This document shows, piece by piece, positions 40,255 through 50,677 of a stretch of DNA of 64,000 bases. How positions within the stretch are numbered: position 1 is the first letter of the stretch; every line of letters starts with the position of its first letter. Both the position numbers and the translations under genes were made by a program. Origin of the DNA: Candidatus Poribacteria bacterium (GTDB lineage: Bacteria > Poribacteria > WGA-4E > WGA-3G); contig CAXXUA010000002.1 in the NCBI GenBank assembly GCA_963663765.2, forward strand, positions 237,894 to 301,893. Reading direction: 5' to 3'. The notes under the pieces are model-generated. The model saw only the letters and a list, made by a program, of their open reading frames with translations, was not told where the DNA came from and made no database searches.

Positions 40255-41249
40255 CCTGACTCCTTCTCTAATCTGCAAAACCCTAAGATTACAGCACAAC
40301 CAACCAGAAATACACACAAGGTAATCAGAAAACTCATATTTAATTGTGGGAGTATATGTGCTGTATCATAACGTTTATCTCCAACCGACACAGAATCACG
40401 AAATGGCCACAAACCGTATAAAGAACCGACCATCAACCCAATTAGAAAGGAAATTGTTAAATTTCGAAAACGATCTAATAGATAGTTCAACAATCTTGTA
40501 AAAGCTAATAGACCAAATAGACATCCCATTGAAAAAATTACGAGTATCATTAGATTGTTGACAAAAACTGAACTTGCTACTCCTTTGAATACCCCTGGAA
40601 CATCATTTATGAAATCCTTGATCGCAGTCAACAGTGGAAAATAAACGCCGAATGCAAGCAAAAGAAACGAACCACTAACTCCAGGCAGAATCATTGCTGA
40701 AATTGCCAGCGCACCGCATACAAAATAGATAGTAAGTGTTCCAATTGATATTTCAATTCCATTTCCTGAAACCGTCGTTGAATCAGCAGCAGATTTTTTT
40801 AGTTCTTCTGCTATTACAATCAATCCTACTGCTACAAGTAATGTTAACAGTTCACGCCAACTGAACCCTTCCAGCATTCGTAAAGGAATCAATATAGATG
40901 TTAAGACCAATCCGAAAAAGAAACCATAAGTCGCGTCATGGTGAGAGTCCAATAGAAAAACAATTAGTTTTGAAGAAACCAATACTGCGAAGACCGCACC
41001 TATCCCTAAAATCAACAAAAAATAAAAGTCAATACGATGCAACTCTGCGCGAAATGCTGTAAATGCTCTTTTTCTAAAACTAAAAACGCTAAGAAATCGC
41101 TTAACCGTTGATGTGCCAATGTTGTGCAAAGCTGCAATTAGTCGTTCATATATACCCAAGACAAGTGCAAGAGTGCCACCACTCATACCTGGTATTATGT
41201 TTGCAATGCCTATCAGGAAGCCGTTAATAAAGTGGCGGATAGTTTTCAT
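40251..41249 (-). CDS. DUF368 family membrane protein
   Basis: IPGMSGGTLAL..GIYERL and AMILPGVSGSF repeats. Confidence 0.88.
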   Translation of the reverse strand: MKTIRHFINGFLIGIANIIPGMSGGTLALVLGIYERLIAALHNIGTSTVKRFLSVFSFRKRAFTAFRAELHRIDFYFLLILGIGAVFAVLVSSKLIVFLLDSHHDATYGFFFGLVLTSILIPLRMLEGFSWRELLTLLVAVGLIVIAEELKKSAADSTTVSGNGIEISIGTLTIYFVCGALAISAMILPGVSGSFLLLAFGVYFPLLTAIKDFINDVPGVFKGVASSVFVNNLMILVIFSMGCLFGLLAFTRLLNYLLDRFRNLTISFLIGLMVGSLYGLWPFRDSVSVGDKRYDTAHILPQLNMSFLITLCVFLVGCAVILGFCRLEKESG

Positions 41250-41351
41250 ATATAAAAAGTAGCAAGTTTTATCAATTGATTAGTTTTTGATATAATCTGT
41301 CAAGAATTATACTATATAACTAAAACTATGTCAAACGTATAAATATGAACG

Positions 41352-41539
41352 CGGGGTTATTCAGTTTTAGGCATTTAGGTATTTCCTGAGTAAATCGCGA
41401 CCGGCAAAACAAGAAATCAACGGTATGCATGCCTTTTGGCATTCCCCGGGTATGCATGCCTTTTGGCATTCCCCGGGTCGTTCCTACCGCGGGATTTCTT
41501 TTTTGAAAATCCAAAAATTAGGAAAACTGAATAATCCTG
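41352..41539. mobile_element. Degenerate MITE family A (inverse homolog of 53409..53530) with a family C insertion
   Basis: CGGGGTTATTCAGTTTT...AAAACTGAATAATCCTG; contains two ATGCCTTTTGGCATTCCCCGG repeats. Confidence 0.7.
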
Positions 41540-41547
41540 TTAAACTA

Positions 41548-41976
41548 GGGTGTGTAAAGATTTTGCACAGAGGTACAAACTTTTTTCTCTTTAGTCCCGA
41601 AGGGACGCAATGTTTATAGAAAGACGTTATCACCCCTCTCTTGAGTTCCGTAGTAACGACATAAAAGGATAAACATATCGTCCCTACGTGACTGAAGCGT
41701 ATGGTTGATATTAACAATATTTCCTTATATTGACACCTAATGAAGTTTGACAATCAATCGGTAGTTGAATACGTAGGGGTTGGGTTCCCAACCGTTTGGT
41801 TTTTAAGTTTGCGTAGATCGGGCGTGGCAACCACGCCCCTACGAATACACAACTTGAACGTCAAAACTCATTAGGACTCTGTGTCCCCGCAATCTCTTAT
41901 TTAATCAGTTGGGGCGGGCACAGAGCCCCGCCCTACAATGAAGAATGAGTAGTTTGTGCAAAACTTTTGCACACCC
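41548..41976. mobile_element. Composite MITE family B
   Basis: TIR GGGTGTG.AAA; 9-bp TSD GTTAAACTA (41539-41547 and 41977-41985). Confidence 0.9.
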
Positions 41977-41993
41977 GTTAAACTATTAAACTA

Positions 41994-42195
41994 CAGGGTT
42001 ATTCAGTTTTAGATATTTTGGCAGATATTTATAACATTCGTGATTTAATATCGTAGGTCGGGTAGAGCGTGAGCGAAACCCGACATGATAGACAAAATCA
42101 ATACATGTCGGGTTTCGCATACGCTCTACCCGACCTACTATATAAACTTTAAGTAACACCCATTAACTGATAATTCTTAAAACTAAATAACCCTG
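41994..42195. mobile_element. MITE family A
   Basis: TIRs; 9-bp TSD ATTAAACTA; equivalent to 15580..15944 without the family E insertion. Confidence 0.9.
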
Positions 42196-42212
42196 ATTAA
42201 ACTATATCTCAC

Positions 42213-42241
42213 TTGACAAGTTTTCAAAAGCCTGTTAGAAT
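42213..42241 (+). promoter_or_regulatory. Putative sigma70 promoter
   Basis: TTGACA-17 bp-TAGAAT with extended -10 TG. Confidence 0.6.
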
Positions 42242-42272
42242 CTGATTGAAATTCTAATTCATAGTCTAAGAG

Positions 42273-43622
42273 GTGAAATTGATGAAAAAGTTGATCATCG
42301 TGGAAATCTGCGTTGTTTTAGCAATTGCCGTTGGATTCTGGATCGGACGGTTCACGAGTCCGTATAATGATTATGCGCATTATTACGAAAATGCCGATAT
42401 AGCGTGGTTAAAAGTTCAGGAAATGGACACACCTCCAATATCTTTTGATGAACCCGATAAGAATCGCTTGCGTAAAGTGCGCGCGGCATACCGTGCGGTT
42501 TTTGACAATTATCCTGACAGTCGGTGGGCAGACGATGCAATTTACCAGTTAGCGTCACGCATACCCCGCACAGATGAGGAAGGATTTGCACTATTCCGCA
42601 GATTAATCCGCGATTATCCCGACAGCGAATATGCAGATGACGCAATGTTTGCAGTTGCTATCGCAACCTATCAGATCGCAGAGGAATTTAAGAAAACCGG
42701 AACGCTGGAATCTCCAACTGCATATTACGACAGAGCGCTTACACTCTTTAACCAAATCATAACAATATATCCAGGTAGTGTCTTGCACGAAGAGGCGCTG
42801 TATAACGCAGCCATGTGTTACTATCGACGTGGAGATGTAAGTATTGCACTAAACCAACTTGAAAGTCTCAAGATAGAATATCGAAACCATCCAATTATTT
42901 ATAAAATCCGGTATACACTTGGATTGATCCATCTTGGACAGCAAGACTACGAGAACGCGAAAGCAGAATTCCTAAATGTTATAGATGCAGGCGATCCTGA
43001 ATATGGTCCGATAGCGAATTTTGACATCGCTAACACTTATTTTAACGAAGGTAAAAAAAGAGAAATAGAAGCTAATTTTAAGGAAGTACAAGGAATAGGT
43101 CAGGAAGCAGCAGCAGAAAAAAAAGAAGCAATGGAAAAATACCAAGAAGCCGTTGATGGATACCAAAAAGTGATAGACCTATACCCTGATACAAAAGTCG
43201 GGAAGGACGCACTTTTCTATATTGCATTACCTTTAGAGAAATTAAAAAAGTATGATGAAGCTATTACGCTATTAGAAGCTGCAATTGAGTCATATCCTGA
43301 TAACGAGAACGCTACCTATTCCAAGTCTTTCATCGGTCAGCTTGCCTATCTCAATGACGACAAAGCAAAGGCAATTGAGGTATTTCAAGAATTTGCCGAT
43401 GACCCTTCACACGCTTATGATGACAGACTACACGCACAATACCAAGTCGGTAAAATCTATGAAGAAATAGAGGATATGGAACAAGCTATTGATGCATTTG
43501 AAAAATTGGTTTCAAATGATTATCCTGAACCCCATAAAAACCCATCACATCCATCACGTAGCATTACTGAGAATTACGTTCAACAGTTAAAAGCAGAATT
43601 ATTGGATGAAGCGCTTGAATAA
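42273..43622 (+). CDS. Exported or membrane-anchored TPR protein (BamD/YbgF-like repeats)
   Basis: N-terminal hydrophobic segment; repeated YPDS..ADDA-type TPR units. Confidence 0.85.
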   Translation: MKLMKKLIIVEICVVLAIAVGFWIGRFTSPYNDYAHYYENADIAWLKVQEMDTPPISFDEPDKNRLRKVRAAYRAVFDNYPDSRWADDAIYQLASRIPRTDEEGFALFRRLIRDYPDSEYADDAMFAVAIATYQIAEEFKKTGTLESPTAYYDRALTLFNQIITIYPGSVLHEEALYNAAMCYYRRGDVSIALNQLESLKIEYRNHPIIYKIRYTLGLIHLGQQDYENAKAEFLNVIDAGDPEYGPIANFDIANTYFNEGKKREIEANFKEVQGIGQEAAAEKKEAMEKYQEAVDGYQKVIDLYPDTKVGKDALFYIALPLEKLKKYDEAITLLEAAIESYPDNENATYSKSFIGQLAYLNDDKAKAIEVFQEFADDPSHAYDDRLHAQYQVGKIYEEIEDMEQAIDAFEKLVSNDYPEPHKNPSHPSRSITENYVQQLKAELLDEALE

Positions 43623-43651
43623 CCCACAAGTTCCCCAAAAGAGCAATTCTG

Positions 43652-44887
43652 TTAATTGGGTAACTTGCTTAATGCCAGATCAATATCTGCAATAATATCT
43701 TCAACATCCTCCAGACCAATTGAGAAGCGGACTAATCCATCCGTGATGCCAGTTTTTTGCCGTATTTCGGAAGGGACGTGTGAGTGTGTCGTAGACGCGG
43801 GATGACAGACCAAGGTCCGCACATCACCAAGGCTCACTGCCAGTGAACAGATTTCAAGTTGATTCACAAATTTTTCACCTGCAGCCCGTCCTTCTTTGAG
43901 TTCTATCGTAATCATGCCGCCGAATCCATTCATTTGATGTTTAGCAAGGTCATGCTGTGGATGACCTGGTAAACCGGGATAACGAACCCATGCCACGGCT
44001 GGATGTGCTTCAAGAAATGATGCAACCTGCATTGCATTCTCGCAGTGGCGCGTAAACCGAAGTGGTAAGGTAGGGATACCCAACAGTGTTAGCCACGCAT
44101 TAAATGGACTGATGACTGCACCGAAGTTACGTAATGCCCCTTTTTTTGCTCGCTCAATAAACACATTTTCTCCTATGATTGCACCCGCAACAACTGCCCC
44201 GTTTCCGCTCAGATATTTTGTCATACTGTGCAGCACGACATCAATTCCCAGCGTAATTGGTTGTTGACTGCATGGCGTGGCAAAGGTATTGTCAATGATT
44301 GAGGTAATGTTGTGTGTTTTTGCAATCTCTGCACAAGCAGCAAGGTCCACAAGTTTGAGTAACGGATTTGTTGGACTTTCAAGGTAGATGACTTTTGTGT
44401 CAGGACGAATCTCGCTCTCAACTTTGTTCGGGTCAGTAGCATCTACAAATGTAACCTCAATTCCATACTGTGTAAGATCGTCATTTAGCAAGTTATATGT
44501 GGCGGAATAAAGTGTTTCCATAGCAACAACGTGTCCACCGTCTGCTAATGCAGTTAGTAGTGCGGTACTAATAGCACCCATCCCTGATGCGGTGGCTAAA
44601 GCGGATTCTCCTGCTTCAAGAACTGCAAGCTTCTGTTCTAATATCGCTTGTGTAGGGTTACCCCATCGGGTGTAGACGTAACCGCTTGCTTCATCAATGA
44701 ATGCCGCAGCGCATTCCTCGGTATTATGAAACTGAAAAGTACTATTCTGATAGATAGGTGGAAGCAATGGGATACCGGTTTTTCTCATCTGATCTTTCTG
44801 TCCATCTGTAGGAGGCGTCGTTAATGTTTCACCTGCATGAATCGCTTCAGTGGATTTACCGTAATACTTCTTGTTTACCACAATCAA
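43652..44887 (-). CDS. Methionine gamma-lyase / trans-sulfuration PLP enzyme
   Basis: YTRWGNPT, SGMGAI, ESPTNP, DNTFAT, HSMTKY, AVSLGD motifs. Confidence 0.88.
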   Translation of the reverse strand: MIVVNKKYYGKSTEAIHAGETLTTPPTDGQKDQMRKTGIPLLPPIYQNSTFQFHNTEECAAAFIDEASGYVYTRWGNPTQAILEQKLAVLEAGESALATASGMGAISTALLTALADGGHVVAMETLYSATYNLLNDDLTQYGIEVTFVDATDPNKVESEIRPDTKVIYLESPTNPLLKLVDLAACAEIAKTHNITSIIDNTFATPCSQQPITLGIDVVLHSMTKYLSGNGAVVAGAIIGENVFIERAKKGALRNFGAVISPFNAWLTLLGIPTLPLRFTRHCENAMQVASFLEAHPAVAWVRYPGLPGHPQHDLAKHQMNGFGGMITIELKEGRAAGEKFVNQLEICSLAVSLGDVRTLVCHPASTTHSHVPSEIRQKTGITDGLVRFSIGLEDVEDIIADIDLALSKLPN

Positions 44888-45489
44888 GACCCCTTAAGCG
44901 TTTGTTGTAATGTTTCAACTGGATATCCTTCAAGTTTTAGCAGTTGCTGTTTTCGTTCAAGACCACCACCATAACCCCCTAAACTGCCATTGCTGCCAAC
45001 TACTCGATGGCACGGTATAATAATTGTAATCGGGTTGCTTCCAGTAGCAGTGCCGACAGCGCGAACTGCTTTGGGTCTACCAATCTGTTCTGCTATCCAC
45101 TTGTAGCTGCGCACCTCACCATGCGGAATCTGGTGAATTGTATCCCAGACTAAATTCTGAAATTCCGTACCTGTATCTATACTAATCGGGATCTCTTTAA
45201 AATCTACTGACTTACCATCAAAATACCGATTCAATATATGCTTTACCTTCTTTAACAATTCAGTCTGTGGGTTGAATGAAGGTTCATAATATGTGGAATT
45301 GTCGTTAAAGAATATTTGGGAAATATGTTGACGAGTTTGAATTATGTCTATATGACCAATAGGTAATTTATATCGGAGATTATCTGGACCGTAAAAATCT
45401 TGAACTGCTTTTGAAATTTGTTCTTTATCATAATCCTCCAATTTTTCATGAAAGTCATGAATGATATATTGTAACATTTGTTTTTTCAT
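44884..45489 (-). CDS. ogt: Methylated-DNA-protein-cysteine methyltransferase
   Basis: GTEFQ..VW, RAVG, PCHRV, GGYGGG motifs. Confidence 0.93.
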   Translation of the reverse strand: MKKQMLQYIIHDFHEKLEDYDKEQISKAVQDFYGPDNLRYKLPIGHIDIIQTRQHISQIFFNDNSTYYEPSFNPQTELLKKVKHILNRYFDGKSVDFKEIPISIDTGTEFQNLVWDTIHQIPHGEVRSYKWIAEQIGRPKAVRAVGTATGSNPITIIIPCHRVVGSNGSLGGYGGGLERKQQLLKLEGYPVETLQQTLKGS

Positions 45490-45537
45490 TTTTTATTTGA
45501 CCTACAATTTAATATAAGGTATGCTATATGGCAAACT

Positions 45538-45921
45538 ATGGCTATTTTTGAAACATCAGAACAACTTTTTAGATATATCAACGAACTTTTTGAAGAAATC
45601 GCTACGTTACCAGAGGCACAAGAGGCAATAAAATCGTTAACGTTATGCGTTAGATTTAATTATACCATACCAGACTGTGTGATGACGTTAACTGTCGTGA
45701 ACGGTGGATATGAAATTTCCCGCGATGTGTGTGATGATGTAACTCCAGACGTAGAACTGACGATGACAGGTGATGTTGCACACAAATTCTGGACAGGTGA
45801 ACTTAACGTTATGGGTGCGATCACGTCACGCGAGATCGATATTGCCGGTTCATTAGGCAAAATTATGCGACTTACACCGCTTATTAAGGCAGCTATTCGT
45901 CATAACATAGAACGTAATTAA
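45538..45921 (+). CDS. SCP2 sterol/lipid-binding domain protein
   Basis: PDVELTM..D..HKFWTGELN...AI...EI.I.G pattern. Confidence 0.75.
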   Translation: MAIFETSEQLFRYINELFEEIATLPEAQEAIKSLTLCVRFNYTIPDCVMTLTVVNGGYEISRDVCDDVTPDVELTMTGDVAHKFWTGELNVMGAITSREIDIAGSLGKIMRLTPLIKAAIRHNIERN

Positions 45922-45936
45922 TTGTCATAACCTTAT

Positions 45937-46058
45937 CAGGACTTACGCAAAAACGGTAGACGTGCTTTGTAAGCGCGCTGGAAACCTATAAAAATACTGA
46001 TAATTATATCATTTTCATCATTATTCTTGATTTAATCAAGAATAATGCGTAAGTCCTG
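45937..46058. mobile_element. MITE family F
   Basis: TIR CAGGACTTACGCA; 5-bp TSD CTTAT; similar to 2653..2774. Confidence 0.88.
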
Positions 46059-46078
46059 CTTATAAAAGAGGTGATAGG

Positions 46079-46870
46079 ATGTCTACAGACAATTTATCAG
46101 ATACCATTAAACCCTATGTAACGCAATTGTGTGAAGAGGGTTGGTGTGTGTTAGAAGATGTTATTCCCGCCGACGTTGTGGACTTGATTTGCAATGAGGT
46201 GGAAACATCAGCAGTCGACTATAACCAATACAGCAAAGAAAACGGCAGATGGACACGAAATGTCATCAGTTTTATGCCGCGTTTTGCTGAACATCTTGCA
46301 AATGAACGACTCCTTTCTGTCATCCGAGAATTATTGGGACCACAAGTACGCATCTCCCAGACCGAGTATAAGATTCGTCCGCCACATTACAAATTGGTTC
46401 GTGCATACCACTCCGATTTTCCTTATGACTTGAACCAGAAATGGCACATTTCCCAACCTTTTCCGAGTGCTGTTATCGGTATCACGACGCTCTGGATGCT
46501 CACTGATTTTACGACTGAGAACGGTGGCACTTGGATTGTACCGAAATCCCACATAGACCTCAGAAATCCGAGAGGAAAAGAGGATGGTATCGGTGATCGT
46601 AACCCGCTTTCTGGTGAAATGCAAGCCACTGGGAGTGCGGGGAGTGTACTGATCATGGACAGCCGAATTTGGCATTCCAACGCAGAAAATCCAAGTGATG
46701 GTCGTCGAACTGCTGTTGTTGTTCGGTATGCTCCGTGGTGGTTGAATCTGGAGCTCTTCGGTGTCAATACTGCTACGATTCCCGGCGAAACGTTCGATAA
46801 GTTTCCTGATGATGTTAAACTACTTTATGAACACCGTGCTGAAGACCGTGAACCTTCTGTCTGGGTTTAA
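46079..46870 (+). CDS. PhyH family dioxygenase
   Basis: YHSD, WMLTDFTTENGGT.IVP.SH, DSRIWH motifs. Confidence 0.88.
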   Translation: MSTDNLSDTIKPYVTQLCEEGWCVLEDVIPADVVDLICNEVETSAVDYNQYSKENGRWTRNVISFMPRFAEHLANERLLSVIRELLGPQVRISQTEYKIRPPHYKLVRAYHSDFPYDLNQKWHISQPFPSAVIGITTLWMLTDFTTENGGTWIVPKSHIDLRNPRGKEDGIGDRNPLSGEMQATGSAGSVLIMDSRIWHSNAENPSDGRRTAVVVRYAPWWLNLELFGVNTATIPGETFDKFPDDVKLLYEHRAEDREPSVWV

Positions 46871-46913
46871 ATCATAGGCACACACTGTGTGTCATCACAA
46901 AAGGAGAACTCTT

Positions 46914-47342
46914 ATGTCAACAACGCTTGTACACATTGGTGTCCGCACAACGAATTTAGAAAAAAGCATCCGTTTCTGGCGCGACGCGCTCGGTTTGACC
47001 GTTGCGGACGCTGTAGATGGTCGCTTTGACCTAACTGACGGATATCACAATTTCCGTGTATTTCAACACAATGGTCCTGACCGTCCTAAACATATCGGTG
47101 GAATGTTAGACTATCTCCACATCGGTGTCCGTGTTCCTGATCTGCGTGAAGCAGCAAAGCGGTGTGAAGACCTCGGTTTTGAAATTACTTGGGAAGGTTT
47201 AGATGGTACTCAACCTTATGACCCAAATTCCGATGAATTGCCTTCAATAGCATTCAAGGTTGAAGACCCTGATGGGATTGTTGTTGATATTACCGAAAGG
47301 AATGATCAATGGCCTGGTGTTGATATTGAAAACAAAGGCTAA
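46914..47342 (+). CDS. VOC/glyoxalase family protein
   Basis: HIGVRT.NLEKS.RFW, HIGVRV.DL, DPDG motifs. Confidence 0.85.
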   Translation: MSTTLVHIGVRTTNLEKSIRFWRDALGLTVADAVDGRFDLTDGYHNFRVFQHNGPDRPKHIGGMLDYLHIGVRVPDLREAAKRCEDLGFEITWEGLDGTQPYDPNSDELPSIAFKVEDPDGIVVDITERNDQWPGVDIENKG

Positions 47343-47395
47343 ATTTCATGCCTCCACAATCGGCGCGGTGGTACACCGCGTCCTCCACCAAATAC

Positions 47396-48088
47396 TTATT
47401 CGTCACCACCTAAAAGCCCTAAGCGGAACAAGTAATAAAGAAGTGTCAGTAGACTTGTAACCGCTGCGGCGAGATACGTTAGAAACGCTGCATTTAGCAC
47501 TTTACTTGCTTGACGATTCTCTTCGGGGGAAAGCATTCCTGCTTCGTCCATCGCAATTCTTGCACGTTTGCTTGCATCCCATTCAACTGGCAATGTTATC
47601 AAGGTGAACACCACACCTACGGTAAACAATCCCACTCCGAATAATAGGAACGGTTGTATGAAAAAACCGACCATGAGTAAGATATAAGAAAACATTGAGC
47701 TGAAGTTGGTAATGGGAACAAGTGCAGTTCGTAGGTTCAGCATAGTGTATCCGTGTGCGTCCTGCATTGCGTGTCCTGCTTCATGACACGCTACACCTAT
47801 TGCGGACAACGATTTGTTTGAATACACATCGTTAGATAACCGTAGTGTTTTATTTCGTGGGTCATAATGGTCACTCAACCATCCACCCGTGAGTTCAATT
47901 TTGACATTGTCGATACCGTTTCTTTGCAGCATCATTGATGCTGCTTGTGCGCCTGTTATCCCATTTCGAGAACCGACTTTAGAAAACTTTGAAAACGTTG
48001 ATTTGGTTTTCCATGTAGCATACAATGACAGAGCAAAACCCGGCGCAAGAAAAACGAAATACATCGGGTCAAACCAACCTAACATCAT
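47396..48088 (-). CDS. Membrane zinc metallopeptidase (YugP/Zn_peptidase_2 family)
   Basis: LSDHYDP, HEAGHAMQ, TLPVEWDASKRA, AAFLTY motifs. Confidence 0.9.
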   Translation of the reverse strand: MMLGWFDPMYFVFLAPGFALSLYATWKTKSTFSKFSKVGSRNGITGAQAASMMLQRNGIDNVKIELTGGWLSDHYDPRNKTLRLSNDVYSNKSLSAIGVACHEAGHAMQDAHGYTMLNLRTALVPITNFSSMFSYILLMVGFFIQPFLLFGVGLFTVGVVFTLITLPVEWDASKRARIAMDEAGMLSPEENRQASKVLNAAFLTYLAAAVTSLLTLLYYLFRLGLLGGDE

Positions 48089-48240
48089 AAGGATTACCTC
48101 CAATCCTGTGTTCATAAGAATTTATCAATGTAAAAAAGCAATGTTTTTTATGGAATTATACAAGATTTCTGCTGAGATTTCAACTGAATTTCTTGTGGGA
48201 AAGAAAGGAGAGTTAGGATGTATTGGTTTTGAATTGGGTT

Positions 48241-48978
48241 TCAAGATGTCTCTGCAGAATTAAATTTGACGATTTCTTTCCAAAGCATATTACCTTCACT
48301 ATCGCAAAAATGTCCAATAAATTCAGAGGTAAACTTGTTGATGACTCTTCCATACTCTTGCACGAATTGCTCGTTTCTTTGTTTCGCTTGATGTCCCAAA
48401 GGTTCAATGATATCGGTGTAAAGATTGACATCACCAGATATAAACTCCCAAAATTTTTGTCCGCAGAACTTCCAGTAATCTCCCTTATTGGGCTTTCCAT
48501 CTTTTCCATAGCAGCAACCGTTGACAGCATTCACATTTATCAAGGATGTACTATCACCAATGGTTTGCTTAGCTTTTTTGAAGTTAATGAGCATCTTTTT
48601 CTTTTGGTCACTGTTTCCCCAATTTGGTCCAGATTTTATTGATACAATGTATCTTGTGTTGTCTTTCTCAAATTCCAAGTCAATTCCCTCTGCTGCAGAT
48701 TTCCGACCACCATATACCCTTGAACAGATAAAAATGGCAAGATCCTCCAGAAACCCGCCAAAAATCGTTTCTTCTTGTGAAGACAACCGTGCATCCAGAA
48801 TAGTTTTTACAAAGTCCGATGCAGTGATTATATTTTTCGCTTTGAATAAATAAGGATTCTTTTTTTTAACGACATCCAACAATTTTAGTTTTTGCAGATT
48901 TTCTAATCTTCTCTGATGAAAGACTTGAATATTCGCTTCAACATAATCAGTGATCTCTTGTTGTGTAATGGGTTTCAT
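48241..48978 (-). CDS. Type II restriction endonuclease (PmeII-like family)
   Basis: KNPYLF, SSQEET.FG, GIDLEF, IKSGPNWGN, GQKFWEFISG; overlaps the MTase gene. Confidence 0.8.
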   Translation of the reverse strand: MKPITQQEITDYVEANIQVFHQRRLENLQKLKLLDVVKKKNPYLFKAKNIITASDFVKTILDARLSSQEETIFGGFLEDLAIFICSRVYGGRKSAAEGIDLEFEKDNTRYIVSIKSGPNWGNSDQKKKMLINFKKAKQTIGDSTSLINVNAVNGCCYGKDGKPNKGDYWKFCGQKFWEFISGDVNLYTDIIEPLGHQAKQRNEQFVQEYGRVINKFTSEFIGHFCDSEGNMLWKEIVKFNSAETS

Positions 48979-49816
48979 ATTCAGACTCTTCAAATAACGT
49001 AAATTGTGTCGGTTTGATATTCTCTCTTGCAAGCTGATAATACTGAGGAAAGACTTCAATACCGACAGAGTTTCTTGATAGTTTTTGAGCAACCTGACAT
49101 GTTGTCCCGGAACCTGCGAACGGATCAAGCACCCAATCATTCTCTTTTGTAAACAACTTAATAAACCATTCGGGTAGTGTTTTTGGGAAAACAGCACTAT
49201 GTTGTCGGTTTCCTGTTTCTGTGGCTAAGTGCAATACATTTGTCGGATACGCCATTTTTCTGTCCAACCAGTTTGATACGTTTTTACCGAATCCACTGCC
49301 GACTTTTGATGTGTCCCGACTTTGGTCGGTCTTACTGAGGTTTTTTAGTCTTTTCTCCGCCCAATCTCCCATTGGTACCATTACAGTTTCTTGATACATG
49401 TTGAACTTTTTGGTTTTGTTAAACTGTATACATCTTTCCCATGCATCTCTGAATCGGTTTGGCCATTTACCGGGATAGCTGTTCTTTTTGTGCCAGATAA
49501 ATTCTTCTGTCCACAACCATCCTTGTTTTTTCATTTCAAGTATCAACTCAATAACATAAGTATGCCGTTCTCCGTTAACGGCTTTCTCTTTAATGTTAAG
49601 AATGAATGTTCCAGATGGTTTGAGAACTCTCAAAAGTTGTTCGGCGCGCGGCATAAACCAATTGACATATTCATCAGGTTTGATTCCTCCGTAGGTTTTC
49701 GATCTGCGGTCTGCGTAAGGGGGAGAGGTCATTATCAGGTCAAATGAATCGGTGTCATAATTGGTGAGTACTTCTAAACAATCTCCAAGAAAAAGGTTTG
49801 TCTTTATTGACTTCAT
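48947..49816 (-). CDS. N4-cytosine/N6-adenine DNA methyltransferase (class beta)
   Basis: GDCL, TSPPY, HSAVFP, VLDPFAGSGTT motifs. Confidence 0.92.
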   Translation of the reverse strand: MKSIKTNLFLGDCLEVLTNYDTDSFDLIMTSPPYADRRSKTYGGIKPDEYVNWFMPRAEQLLRVLKPSGTFILNIKEKAVNGERHTYVIELILEMKKQGWLWTEEFIWHKKNSYPGKWPNRFRDAWERCIQFNKTKKFNMYQETVMVPMGDWAEKRLKNLSKTDQSRDTSKVGSGFGKNVSNWLDRKMAYPTNVLHLATETGNRQHSAVFPKTLPEWFIKLFTKENDWVLDPFAGSGTTCQVAQKLSRNSVGIEVFPQYYQLARENIKPTQFTLFEESEYETHYTTRDH

Positions 49817-49940
49817 TGAACGATTTACCTACTAAATAATTGTTTTGGCAAGTAGCAAAGAAATCTACCAAAAGTACAAAGCGGATTCTATAAAAATAGT
49901 AACATATTTGCTTCAAAAAGGTCAAGGAAAAGATTTTGAG

Positions 49941-50080
49941 GGGTATGTAAAGTTTTTGTAGAAATCTGATATTAAAAGAAGTCCGTCCAGTTTCTATCAA
50001 ACTTGACGATAGGGGACTGTGGACATCGTAGGGGTGGAGGTATCCTCGTCCGCGCAAAACTTCTGTTCGGGCGGGGATAC
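49941..50080. mobile_element. Truncated MITE family B end
   Basis: Reverse complement of about 2545..2813 lacking element F; cut off by the IS1595 remnant. Confidence 0.75.
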
Positions 50081-50572
50081 GAAATGTCCTCATTGTGATA
50101 GCACGCACGTTGCGAAACGGGCAGAGACGGAATTGGGACGTATTGGACGCTGGCAATGTCATGATTGCACGGCAACATTCAAGGTTACATGCAAGACAGT
50201 GTTTCATGGTGCAAAAATCCCTCTACAAAAATGGTTTCTTGCTATATCCTTAATGGTAAATGCAAAGAAGAGTCTATCCAGTCACCAATTAGCACGCGAT
50301 TGAGACTTGAATCAAAAGACTGTTTGGTGTATAGAAACGTGCATTCGTGCTGAAATGGCAAAGAATAGTGTGATGCTACAAGGTATCATTGAAGCAGATG
50401 AAACCTATATCGGTGGCAGACCTCGCAAGGCGAACAAAAAGGAAGATAGAGAACATGCGAAACGTGGCCGTGGATCGAAAAAACTGCCATTCTGGGAACA
50501 GTTGAATGCGGTGGTAAGGTTGTGTGTAAGCAAAGATGGCGGGAGAATTGACGGGACGTGCTATCCTGAGTT
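50081..50572 (+). pseudogene. IS1595-family transposase remnant
   Basis: CPHC..WQCHDC zinc ribbon, IPLQKWF, GIIEADETYIGG; stop at 50301, frameshift and truncation. Confidence 0.85.
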
Positions 50573-50677
50573 TTATAGTGCCTTAGAATTAGCAGAACAA
50601 GAAGACAACGAAGTACTAATAAATGAAGTTAGACACTCACTGCAAGAACTTGATAATATGAACTGAAGCGATTAGAC

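Noticed and set aside
41326-41753. Short ORFs in repeat regions (also 2335..2526, 55359..55649, 56806..57223)
   Set aside because: They fall within MITE/REP sequence and have no protein motifs.
50301-50303. Second in-frame TGA (ARD*DLNQKT) as a possible selenocysteine codon
   Set aside because: It lies in an IS1595 remnant at a position that is normally hydrophobic, not Cys. The gene is also frameshifted and truncated, and no comparable hairpin was seen.
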